From the NCBI GenBank assembly GCA_030264375.1, contig JASCQW010000162.1, forward strand, positions 115,196,357-115,260,356: 64,000 nucleotides of DNA. Reading direction: 5' to 3'. Shown piece after piece: positions 10,246 to 22,254 of the stretch. Under the pieces are notes generated by a model. It saw only the letters and a list, made by a program, of their open reading frames with translations, had not been told where the DNA came from and did no database searches. Position 1 is the stretch's first letter. Each line of letters starts with the position of its first letter. This DNA is from Carcharhinus longimanus (lineage: Eukaryota). The position numbers and the translations under genes are program-made.

Positions 10246-11590
10246 TCAAACAAATGAAGACAAACTTAACAAGAACCAAAGATAGTAGGCCTTAAGAAGG
10301 GTTGTAGTGAGTGTGTTTTATTTTTGCTTGCAGAGCCAGCAATATTTGATGTCTCGAGATAGGCCTGGTACTGCCCTCCTTTCTTCTCGCACATTGAAAA
10401 TAGAAGCAGGAGTAGGTCATTTGGCTTCTCGAGTCATTTCGATCATGACTGATCATCAACTTCAATGTCCTGATCCCATCATCTTCCCATATCTCTTGAT
10501 CCTGTGTGTGTGTGCGTGCATGTGAGGCACTCGTTCAAACAAATGAAGACAAATTAAACAAGAACCAAAGGTAGCAGGCCCTGAAAAGTGTTGTAGTGAG
10601 CATGTCACTTTTTTTTGCAGAGCAGCAGTGTTTGTCTAGAGGCAGGCCTGGCACTGCCTTCCTTTCTTCTCTCACACACGCGCACACACACACACACGAG
10701 GAGACAGACAGAGAGAGAGAGACTCAAACAAATCAGCTCAAACTAAACAAGAACTAAAGGTAGCAGGCCCTGAAAAGGGTTGCAGTGTTTTTATTTTGTT
10801 TGCAGTGTTTGGTGTCCAGAGGCAGGCCTCTTTTCTTCACATATATGCACTCACACGTGTGTGAGAGGAGGGCAGTGCCAGGCCTGTCTCTGGACACCAA
10901 ACATTGCTAGCTCTGCAAAACTAAATAAAAAATGAAGTAAAAACACCAACTCACTACAACCCTTTTCAGGGCCTGCTGCTGGTTCTTGTTTAAGTTGTCC
11001 TGGTTTATTTGAAGGAGTCCTACTCTCTTACACATGTGAGTGAGAGACACTCAAACAAATCAGGACAACTTCAACAAGAACCATTTGCAGGCCTGAAAAG
11101 GGTTGTAGTGAGTGTGTTTTTATTTTAGTTTTTGCAGAGCCAGCAATATTTGTTGTTTGGGGGCTGGCCTGGCACTGCCCTCCTTTCTATATATACACAC
11201 ACACACACAACACTTGTGCAAATAAAATAAAAACACTACAACACTTTTCGGGATCTGCCACCTTTAGTTCTTGTTTAATTTGACTTGATTTGTTTGAGTA
11301 TCTCGCTCTCACACACACTGTATTGTGTTTGTGTGTGTGTGAGAGACAGAGAGAGGGACTCTTCCAAACAAACCTGTATACACACATAACGCGTGGGAGA
11401 GTGGGACTCTTTCAAACAAACCAGGACAACTTAAACAAGAACCAGTAGCAAGGCCCTGCAAAGGGTTGTAGTGAGTTGGTGTGTTTACTTCATTTTTTTT
11501 CTTTTGTTTGGTTTTGTTTTTTTTTTGCAGAGCTAGCAATGTTTGGTGTCCAGAAGACAAGATTGGCACTGCCCTCCTCTCTCTCTCTCT
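10246..11590. repeat. Array of ~150-bp units in mixed orientation, separated by CA/GA microsatellites
   Basis: Unit tcaaacaaa...acaagaacc...gcaggccctgaaaagggttgtagtgag...tgcagagc.agcaat.tttg...ggcctggcactgccctcct on + at 10246, 10534, 10724, 11051, 11411 and on - at ~10862-11020 and ~11217-11298. Confidence 0.9.
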
Positions 11591-11689
11591 CTCTCACTGA
11601 CACACACACAAACACAGTGTCTGTTGGTGCATTTTGGAGTGTGTGTGCTGAAAGCAGGAACAATCCCTGACATTTTGGAGTGGGGCTGG

Positions 11690-12295
11690 GGGCGGTAGAG
11701 GGAGGGAGTGAGTGAGCATGCTCGCTGGTTCTTGGCGGTTGGGCTGCGAAGGGAAGCTGGGTGTTGCTCTCTCTCTCTCTCCCCCCCTCTCCTGTGTCTC
11801 TCTCACTCACTCACTCTCTGTCTCTCACACACACAGGATGTCATTCCAGGCATAGCCTGCATGTCTCTGCACTCACAACTTGCAGCGGGGCTGTGAGGGG
11901 AGGGGGGGAAAGCTGGCCCGTCTCGTCTCCCTCAGTCTTCTCACTATGAAGAGCCCGCTTTTAAGAGTTTTTGGCCTGTGAAAGGGGGTAGGGGGGGCCG
12001 GCGGCGGCGGCGGCGGGGAAGAAAGATTTTGTGTTTTTTTAAAAAAAAATAACGTCTTGTGAGGTACAAATTAGAACCTTTTCCTTTTCGCTGGGCCCGC
12101 GTTTTTTTTTTGTTTTTGTACCCCCTTTTTTTGTGTGTGTGCCGGTTACCCCACACGTATCTATCTATATTTTTCTTTTATTTTTTAAAACAAAGATTTG
12201 GATCAGAGAGGCTGGGGCCTCGGCACAGGGGGAGGGAAAGCAGTTAGCGCGCTATCCTGGTGAAGCAAACAGCTGGCCTTTTTGCTGCCCAGTAA
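11690..12295 (+). promoter_or_regulatory. GC/CpG-rich promoter and 5'UTR of VGLL4
   Basis: GC boxes (ggggcgg), (GGC)n tract near 12000 and CpG enrichment directly upstream of the ATG at 12296. Confidence 0.65.
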
Positions 12296-12377
12296 ATGCT
12301 ACTAAAGAAAATGGACCTGTTGAACTATCAGTACTNNNNNNNNNNGAGCAACAATATGGGCATCCTTTGCTTCGAAG
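12296..12377 (+). CDS. VGLL4: VGLL4 coding exon 1 (MLLKKMDLLNYQY[xxxx]SNNMGILCFEG), phase 1
   Basis: Matches recalled vertebrate N-terminus MLFMKMDLLNYQYLDKMNNNIGILCYEG; the 10-N gap preserves frame; donor G|gtaaga at 12378. Confidence 0.88.
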
Positions 12378-12965
12378 GTAAGACTCCCAACTTGTTTATT
12401 ACCCTCCCCTCCCCTCGCAATCTAAAGTATGTTGATCTGTTGCTGCTAACGTGCGTGTGTGTGTATATTTTCTAAGCTTATCCTGTCATATTGCTTTGAC
12501 TCTCAACTTGCTTCTATCCTTCCCTCACTATCCAAAATATGTTGGTCTGTTGTAGCTGTTTATATATATATTTCCTAAACTTATATATATAAAAATAATA
12601 CTTTGCTTTGACTCAACTTTGTTTTTACCCCCATCTAAAATATGTTGAATCTGTTGCTAACATTGTATATGTATATATTTATATTTCCTAAGCTTAGCGT
12701 GTCTTATATATATTTTACATCCTTTGCTTTGATTCCCAACATGTTTTTACCCTCCCCTCAGAATCTAAAATCTGTTGCCGTTCAGCTTGTGTGTAATGTT
12801 TGCTTAACTTAGTCTATATATTACACCCTTTGCCTCAAAGGCAAGACTCCCCATTTGTTTTTACCCTCCCCTAAGAGTGTAAAATGTGTTCGTTGCTGTT
12901 AATGTTGTGTGTATGTATAAATATACACATTGTATTTATTTCAGTTAGCTTGTCATATATATTTA
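12361..12965 (+). repeat. Degenerate minisatellite, ~5 units of 105-140 bp, spanning the exon-1/intron-1 junction
   Basis: Recurring ctttgc...gactcccaac.tgtttttaccctcccct...tctaaaatatgtt...tctgttgct...tatattt.ctaagctta at ~12361, 12490, 12601, 12718, 12824. Confidence 0.8.
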
Positions 12966-15900
12966 AAACAATGGTCCACCTTCCTTCCTTTGTCACACAT
13001 ACGGTGTCCAGTTGCCTGCGCACCACCCCCCCCGCCCCCCAGTTTACCAGATTTGCAGCCGCGCTAACAAAGAAAATTAGCTTGCCTTGTCTGAGGAGCC
13101 ATGTTGTACTTGCACAGTCTGCACTCTTTGTTTAGCTTATCATTTCCTGTGTAGTTCTGAGAAAGTTCTGACATTGAAGGATGTGCCTCTTTCCCTCGAG
13201 CTGAAACAGAGCATGATTGAACCAGTCTTTTTATCTTCCCGTAAATTTACCCTGTGTCAGCGTGTAGTATGAGCCATGCNNNNNNNNNNNNNNNNNNNNN
13301 NNNNNNNNNNNNNNNNNNNNNNNNNNNNNNNNNNNNNNNNNNNNNNNNNNNNNNNNNNNNNNNNNNNNNNNNNAAAGGAATGGCAATGGCGTGTTTTTTT
13401 TTAATTCTCGTGATGTAGGGTTGTTTGACAAAAGTATTTCATAAACCACATTTGGTTGGGTACTCATACTACTAAATCAATTCAGGCTGCATATTTTTGG
13501 GACTTCATTCACACAGTTAATTTCTTGTTGGGGGTCGGTGGGGGGAGATCTGTGTATTTGACTTGTAGATTCAGATAATTTGGCAAAACCCTAAGCCATC
13601 TTGTGCTTGTATGCTAGCTTTATTAGCTTCATGTTTTAAACCCGAATCTGTTAATTAGTTACTACTGTAACAGCCTGAACACAAGTAAAAGTTTAAGAGT
13701 AGGCAACAAAGGAAAGCAGCGTTTCTGTTTTTAAATTATTAACTTACAAATGGCATTTTTAAAAAATAGTGACAGCTTGATTTCTTTATTTCTTTGATTT
13801 TGCCATTTAATTTTCCATTGTAGTGCTGTGGTTTTCAGTGAGTGAAGTTGAACACCTAGTGGAGACAAAGGACTAATAGTTTTCTAAGCCTTCTTTTGTT
13901 TTGGGTTTTCTTCTGAACTTTGAGCTTTTGATTTTCTTCTTCATTTGCCCTAAAATGTTTTCAAAAAGATGGTGAAAAATTTTGGGATTTTCCAGAAATA
14001 AAAATAGACCCATACAAGTGTTGCAACCATTTCAAACATGTGCCAAAAATACAAAGTAAACACAGTAATGTTTTTCCATCAAAATTTTTTTTGGTGCCAA
14101 TAAAGTTTCCTTTATCCGAAATGTTTTTGAGAGATTCAACATAAAATGGAAGTCCATTTAAGGTCCAGTCTCTTTTGGTGGTTATGATGATTTTATTCCT
14201 TTATGATTGACAGTTCCATTCTGGTTTGCGCAGAATTTAGATGTGCATGAAATTAGTGGAACATCAGTTAACCACATCTGTTTTCCAATTTTCAGCTTCT
14301 TGGGCATACTAATTTGGTTTGAAATCGTTAAGAGTTTTAATGCAGCTCGCTGATGCCAAGCAAATTGCAGTTTGGCAACTTGCTGTTGCAGACTCCTGGG
14401 AACTCTTGACTGTATGTTTGAATAATGATCAAAGACTAAAGCAAACTTTTAATGGTGGGAATCAAGCATTCATAATACACAGATTTTATTCTTAATCTTT
14501 TCTTGACATTACAGAATGTATGGTTCCACTTTTCTCTTCACTGGCTGCCTCTGTGTTAGCAGCTGTTGTGACCTGGAAGCAATCCTGTTCAGCAAACAGT
14601 AATTCAGCCACATGAATGGCACTGCCAGAGGTCACTTGGGTTGGTCCTCACATAATTGGCATAAAAAAATCATACATGCGTTGGCTTATTTTTGCTCGCC
14701 ACTTTAACAGGGGAAAAAAATCATTTGTAATATTGATTTCCAATTTTAATTGCATTTTGGGCACCAATGTTTAAAAATATACATATGCTTTATCAATCCC
14801 TACATTCACTGCTGCTCCCAAGTGTTTTTGTATCGAGCTCGTTCCTCATTAAAATTGTGATTATGCCAGCTATCTTCATGTTTTGTTTTGAATACATTAT
14901 TTCAATTGGAGACCTGCAGAGATGAGGGAATGAGCAAATATATTGAATTTAACCTGTATCTTGTGATTTATTAAAATTCACACTGATTCTTGCAACGATA
15001 TTTCGTATATAACTGTCTATATACTGTTGCCTAGCTCCTGAGTTAGTAGGGAAAAGATAAAAACAATTTTATGTTCAGACCATTTGAATGCTTTGGGCTC
15101 TCAATGGTCAGTTGAAGTTTTCACCATTGCACGTTTGAAAAAAAATGAAAAGTTAGTTGTGGGGCATGATAATTTAATATAGATTTGAGTTCATTTTGAT
15201 TTATTAATCAAAGATGGGTGAGCCCCAGAATTGGGGGCCCAGGAAAAGAATCATAATTGACCTGAATTTCTGTGAATTTTTGGTGCCTGTTTTAACTCTA
15301 ATGTTTGGGATTTAGTGTGGTGTGTACTGAGAATGCAGGCATTCAAAAGTCCATTACAAAAGCTGAACCAGCAGCACTGGGGTGAAAAGGCTATGTAGCA
15401 GAACCATCCTGTACCAGCTGCCTACTCTGATGCACAGTGTCAAATGACTGACACTTGATACTTGATGAATTTTGAGCTTCAACATCTGCATCTTATTTTT
15501 TCTGTGAAAATAATGTTTGTTGAACTCATTGCATCGAGTGAAGATAGCTCAAGTATTATGTGTACAGTAGTAGATTAGTTAATCCTTAACTTGCTGCTAA
15601 TTCTACTCTGGAAAGTAATGCAGCGATGTCACTCCCTGTGATGGGGCTAGATTCCCTCGGTAGTGATTTTTCATTTGTTTAGTTTGAGTGTCCAGATGGC
15701 TAAAACAACAGGAGGTATCCTTTTGTGATCCGCAGTCCTTCTGTATCTCTTCTTGGCCTTGAACTGCGGTTACTAGGATGTAGAAACCAAACAATAAACA
15801 GTGAATTTTAGCAGCTGACCTTTGGGTATTTCCTGAACTTGGAACAGAACTAGAGCTCAAGTGCTGGCTCATTGAACAGAAGAATAATTAATACTTTACT

Positions 15901-18033
15901 GATGCAATAATTGATTGGCTTAAGAGATAGTACTTCTGATTTACGCGAGTGATTGTGCTTCAAAATGGATGTTGAAACACATATATTTAAAAAAAACCTT
16001 GTCTGATGACAGACAGAAAGGAGTTGGCTGAATAATGATGTAGTGAGAGTATTCCAGAGCTGTGGAGGAAGGGTGAGAAGGATTCCATTTTAAAAGGGAA
16101 GGATGGCCAAAAGTACAGAAACATCTGTAACTGAAAGTCTTGTATATACTATAATGCTATAAACAATTATATTATAAATTGTTTTGGAATTTAAAATAAA
16201 TTGCATTTATAGTTTTACATTCTGAAATGCAACCTTCAGTCAAGCTTGTTGCATTATGTTTACCCCAGTGTCAATCCCAAGTTTTCATTGTTGCTTAACT
16301 GAGATCCTAATCATATGCACTAAGTTTATGTTAACTCTCCTACCCAGTGATGTAGTAATGGCTTGGATGTGTACAAAGTGAGGGAATGCTGTTTTGTTTG
16401 GGGGGCGTGGGGGGAAGAGGGCGGGTGAAGGAGGAGGAAGTCAAACTAAAGTTCAGTTTCACTTTCTGCCAAGATTAAGTCACTACATTTCTTTTAAGGT
16501 TGCTAAAATCCTAGTGGCATTATTTTTTTGAATGCCAGCTCTGAATTGCAGCTTGTGATTTAATGAGTAGAATGTGAATCTGAATCCAGATAAGCTTTCA
16601 CTTTACACTTGCATCAAACTAACTGAAGTTTAGGCATATTAAGGTACCTTGATAAAAGGCCTACATAGGGGTAAAATGTGAAGCATCCAGATAAAATGAC
16701 TATCTGATCACTTATTTAATTGTGCTTATGTACAAATTGACTTTAATTATTCCTCCATTATGATGGTGACTACATTTCAAAAGTACTTCATTGGCTGAAA
16801 AAGAAGTCTGGATTATCCTGCGTTTATAAATAATACTTTTGTAAATGCAGGTCTTCTCCTTTCGTCTTTGGCATTGTTATTAGTACATTTATGTAACAAG
16901 GTATAATTCTCATGTAAGCCATTTTTGGTTGGATACTGTCTTAAACACATTTTTATCTTTTGTTTACTGCACATTATTTTGGCGGGAAGCAAAATCCGCT
17001 TAAGCCAGAGGGGTCCTGTTCTGGAAAACCTGATCTGCAACTTTATGCAAACTGACTTGACATCTTTATGTTTGCTGCTTCATCTCCCTGCAAAGGGATA
17101 AACAAGGAGGTCATTTTTGGTGCTATCAGCAGTGATCTGAGCTGTGTTTTTCAGTTCCAACAAACCTGGAACAAATTTAAATGGAGTAGAGAGAGGCAGG
17201 GTAGAAATAGAAAAAGACAAAAAGACTGGTTGTGCAAACAACAGTGAGCTTTGTTAAACTACAACTGAAATTAAAACCGAAAATTTACTCATGCATAAGC
17301 CTGTATAATTTCCATCTGTTTTGCATGAGAACAATTTCTCATTATATTTTGATTTGAGACCAAATGCAGATATTACACTCTTCTTTGGCAGCTGGGCCAG
17401 AATTCACAGTTAAGTGTGCTGTTACATCAAGCAATTGCTTAAGAATGTGATTAAAATCAAGTTCAGCAGTCTTGCTTCCATAATTGTGGCAAAAAATTGA
17501 AGTAGCCAGATGGTCAATCTTTATCTAAAATTGGCCAGCACACATCAAAAAAATTTAAGGTTGTGTTGAAAGCAAGATCTAGCTGAACTGAGAGTCCAAA
17601 ACACCAACCATATTTGTGTTGTTTGTACATAAATAATCCTTAATTGACTATGTAAACATCCCCTAATTTTGTTGTCATTTTCAGTTATTTTGAATATAAA
17701 AAGCCTTAACCCTTTGACAAAAGGCATTTTCTTCTATTTGTTTTTAAATGCATTAAAAAAACTTTTGTTAATTATGTAGACATCCCCCAATTTTGTAGTC
17801 ACTTTTTCAGCTATTTTGAATATTTCAGGGTTTTTTTCAGTTTTAAAGCCCAGCCCTGCAACAAAGACATCAACTTTTTGGTTTTGAAATGCAAAAACTC
17901 TCAACTTTTTTTTTCGCAATTTAATGTTTATCTNNNNNNNNNNNNNNNNNNNNNNNNNNNNNNNNNNNNNNNNNNNNNNNNNNNNNNNNNNNNNNNNNNN
18001 NNNNNNNNNNNNNNNNNNNNNNNNNNNNNNNNN

Positions 18034-19780
18034 ATTTTCTCCTCACCTCAGTTCTAAAAGGTTTACCCCTTATCCTCAAACCATGACCCCTAGTTTTGGA
18101 CTCCCCCACTATCAGGAATATTTTTTCTGAATCTACCCTGCCTAATTCTGTTAGAATTTTATGAATTTCTGAAATCCCTCCTCTTCCTAAACTCCAATGA
18201 ATGTAATCCTAACCAACCTAAACTCTCTTCATATGACAGTCCCACCATCCTGGGAATCAGCCTGGTAAACATTCGCTGCAATCCCTCTAAAACAAGAACA
18301 TCCTTCATCAGTTAAGGACATCAAAACTGCACACAATCCTCCAGGTGTGACCTCATCAAAGCTCTGTGTGATTGCAGTGAAAAAAAATCCTTATTCGGAA
18401 GCTCAAATCCTCTCACTGAGGGTCAACATACCACTTGCCACCTTTATTGCCTGTTATACCTGCTTACTTTCAGCAACTGATGCATGAGGACACCAATCTG
18501 CCTCCCTATTTTGATACCAAAGTGGGTAACCTTGCATTTATCCATATTGTACTACATCTGCCATGCATATGACCACACACGCAGCATGTCCAAATCATGC
18601 TGAAGCATCTTTGCATCCTCTGCACAGCTCACCCTCCCACCCAACTTTGTTTCATCTGTAAATTTGGAGATAATACATTTAGTTACCTCTTTCAAATCAT
18701 TAATATATAATGTGAACACTTGGAGTCCTAGCACAGATCCCAGACACTAGTCATTGACTGCCAATTGGAAAGCAACCCATTTATCCCAGCTCTTTACTTC
18801 CTGTCTGCTAACCAGCTTTCTATCAACCTCAAAACACTACCCGCAATCCTCTGCGCTTTAACCTTACATATTTCAAAGATGTGCAGCTTAGGCGGGATTG
18901 GCCATGCTAAGTTGTTCCTTAGTGTCCCAAGATATGTGGGTTAGGGGTATTAGCTGGATAACCGCATGTGGTAAGCGGATAGGGCAGGGGGTGGGCCTGG
19001 GTAAGATACTTTGTTGGAGATAGAGCTGGTGCAGACTCGGGTGGAATGGCTGCCTCCTGCACTGTAAGGATTTTATGACAGTAATCTGCTTTGTGAGACC
19101 TTGTTGAAAGCCACATCCACTGATTCTACCTGGTCAATTCTACTGGTTAGATATTCAAAGAATTCCAATAGATTTGTAAAGCATGATTTCCCTTTCATAA
19201 ATCCATGCTGATTTTGTTTGATTATCCCACTGCTTTCTAGATGCTGTGCAATGAAATTCTTGATAATGGACTCTGGTAACTTCCCTGGTACCGATGTTAG
19301 GCTTACTGATCTGTAGCTCCCTGTTTTCTCTCCCCCTCCCTTTTTGAATTTACATTAACTACCTCCAATCTGTAGGAACCATCCCAGAGTCCTTAAGTAT
19401 TCTGAGATAAAGATTGTCAGACCCTGGAGATTTATCCTCCTGCAATCCCATTAATTTCCACAAAACCATTTCTCCTCTACGAATACTGATTTCCTTCAGC
19501 TCCTCACTAAAACATGTGTTTCTCAGAACTTCTAGTACATTATTCATGTCTTCCTTTGTGAAGACAGAAGTAAAGTACAAATTTAGTTCCTCAGCCATTT
19601 CTTTGTTCCCTTGATTCTGACTATAAGAGGCCTGCATTCATTTTTGTCAATTTTTTTTTCCCTTCTGTACCTTTAGAAACTTTTACAGTTTTACTTTCAT
19701 ACTTGAAAGTATTAATTTTCCCCTTAATCCCTTGGTCTGCCTTTGCTGAATTTTAAACTGCTCTCGACCCTCAGGGCTAT
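18034..19780 (-). mobile_element. CR1-clade LINE ORF2 (RT) fragment, decayed, with SINE 3' half inserted at ~18873-19078
   Basis: - strand ORF pieces: MAEELNLYFTSVFTKED, DKSPGSD, VPTDWR, FTLYINDL...ISKFTDETKLGG, KTRGHGLRIRGKPFRTEVRR. Confidence 0.88.
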
Positions 19781-20097
19781 TGCTTTCTCTTGCCAATCTA
19801 TTTTCCTCCCTTCTCTCCCCATCTCTCCCTTTCTTGCATCATCCTTCCCCTTCCTGCCCTCTCTCCTGCTTGGCTTTATCACATTAGAAGAAGAGGGATG
19901 CTACTTTATGACATATGAACCAATCCTTGGCCCCTGAACAATTAAAATTTGTCTCCAAACCACAGAATTTATTTACTTAGCATAAGATAATCATTTGCAT
20001 TTATTTTGTTTTTTTTATTTGGTTTGCTTCTTTTAATTCCATGCTTCCTTTGGCATTGTCGACTTTTGTTTTATTTTCTTTTGCTGATGCATAAAAG

Positions 20098-20304
20098 GCG
20101 GGCACACCAGCTACAAAGATCTCACCAACCAAAAGTAAGCCACAGCCACCAGCCTCCCTTAAGCGACCTACAACAGCTGCTACAAGCCCCAATAAAAAAC
20201 TCATTGCGTCCACTTCAGCTACGACAGCAGCCTCTACTTCTAAGCGAGTTTCTTCTAGTCTGGTGCGGTCTTCCTCTGCGAACACCAAAGACATGAAACC
20301 AAAG
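20098..20304 (+). CDS. MAP4: Isolated MAP4-like (microtubule-associated protein 4) Pro/Ser/Thr/basic exon inside VGLL4 intron 1
   Basis: 207-nt open phase 0/0 exon; polypyrimidine tract and AG at 20096-20097; donor AAG|gtaagg. Encodes AGTPATKISPTKSKPQPPASLKRPTTAATSPNKKLIAST...SSSANTKDMKPK, resembling the recalled MAP4 segment ...KAKTQPTSLPKQP...NKKPMS...SKDVKPK. Confidence 0.62.
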
Positions 20305-21384
20305 GTAAGGGTTGGAAGTGGATGGACTGGGAGTGTGTGTCAGGTCCGAATTTTGTTTTCCTTTTCCTCAATGGATTTGAAATAAATTAGCTCCCTTCCT
20401 CGCAATGGTTTTTTTGGCTAAATTTTACATATTCAATTCCTCGTCTGTGTTGAGTTAACTGATGTCAGCTGGGACAACAATAAGGACTGCTTGTAATTCA
20501 TCTTGCCCATGCTTCTGAGATGGGGATTCAGGAAAGTCAGCTAAGCTTGTTGCTCCTATTTTCTACCTCTTGGCTCCCATTGGTTATGGCTCCACCTGAA
20601 AGTAGGATCAGCCTTGACAGTAATATTCCCCAGAGTTAAATAACTCCTGCATAAAGAGTGAGTATTACAGTGTACCCCAACAAGGAGTCAGTTAAGATAA
20701 ACAAGGAGGGACAAAAGATAGGTCAATGGGGCCTAAGGCAATTGGATAAATAAACTATTATACCACTGAAGGGGTATGATGTTGGGGAGCCAAAGACAGA
20801 ATCTATTTGGTTAAAATTGAGGAACAAAAGGGAAGCTATTATGTTTGCCAGTAAACATTAAGCCGTCAAATAGTGGAAAGGATTTACAAGAACAAATTTG
20901 CAGGTAAATTACAGAAAGGTGGAAAAGCTATGGAGTACTTATAATGGGTATTTCACAAATTCTAGAGACTAGGATAGTAGCAGTATAAAGTGGGGGAGGA
21001 ATTCCTAAAACGTTCAAGAGAACATTCTGGATCAGTGCATTCTAGCTTAACAAAAAAGGAAGCAGTGCTGGATCTAGTTCTGGTAGGAAAATTGGAACTT
21101 CATTCAGCGGGTGAGCATTTGGGAAAGAGTGATCATAATATCAAATTTAGAAAAGGACAACATGCAATCAAATACAGAAATACTTAGCTGAAAGAAGGCT
21201 ACAGTGAACTCAGAAGGAATCTTTTGATTTGGATAAAATCAATTGGCAAAACAGCAATTGAATAATGAGAAGGCAGTCAAAGAGGAGATGGTTTAGATAG
21301 AGTACACACATTCCTATGAATGGGAAAGGCAAGTGCATCCAAAGCTACAGCTACCTTGGTGACTAAAGATGCATAGGTTAAAAT

Positions 21385-21537
21385 CAGTAAGAAGTCTCTC
21401 AACACCAGGTTAAAGTCCAACCAGTTTGTTTGACAGTAAACCCACAACCTACTATCAAATAAACTGGTTGGACTTTAACCTGGTGTTGTGAGAGTCCTTA
21501 CTGTGTTTACCCCAGTCCAATGCTGGCATCTCCACAT
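21385..21537. mobile_element. Hairpin-shaped PLE-end insertion with 14-bp TSD
   Basis: Arms caacaccaggttaaagtccaaccagttt and aaactggttggactttaacctggtgttg are exact reverse complements; direct repeat taggttaaaatcag at 21374-21387 and 21538-21551. Confidence 0.85.
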
Positions 21538-22254
21538 TAGGTTAAAATCAGGCAGAAAAGTAAGGCTTATGATTGTAAAGTTTATAATCCAGTAGAAAAT
21601 TAAGCTGTGTAGGAAGAACAAAAGGGATCCAGTAAAGTTAGAGGGGCAAAGATGGAATATGAAAATAGATTAGCAGCTCACGTAAAAGGGAATCCAAAAG
21701 GTTTCTATAAACACAGGTAGTAAAAAGATAGCTAAAGCAAAGGTAGAGTCAATTAGGAACCAGAGGATATATCTGAAGTAATGAATGAGCATCAAGTTAA
21801 CACACACAAAGGAAAGCAAACGGCATTTTAGCCTTTTATGCAAGGGTTGGAGTATATAAGTAAGGAAGTCTTGCTGCAATTATATAGGGCTTTAGTGAGG
21901 CCACACCTGGAGAATTGTCTACAGTCTTAATTTCCTCCTTTGACAAAATACTTGCCTTAAAGGAATGCAGTTAAGTTTCACTAGATTGATTCCTGGGTTG
22001 AGTAACTTATGAAGAAACATTAAGTAGAATAAGCCTATACTTTCTGGAGATTAAAGGATGATCTCACTGACATGTAAAATTCAGAGAGGTTGTTTTTCCT
22101 GGCAGAAGAATCTAGAACTTGGATTTGAAGATAAAGTGTTGGCAATTCAAGACTCAGTTGAGATTTTTTCACTCAGAGGGTTGTGAATTTTTGGCATTCC
22201 CTATCACAAGAGGTTGCTAAGTACATGTGAGACGGAGTTTGATACTTGCAGGAT

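Noticed and set aside
10246-11590. Possible CRISPR-like repeat-spacer array
   Set aside because: Vertebrate DNA; units are ~150 bp, degenerate and in mixed orientation; spacers are microsatellites; no cas genes
20001-20296. ORF-track proteins 20001-20294 (-) and 20006-20296 (+)
   Set aside because: Antisense and off-frame shadows of the MAP4-like exon
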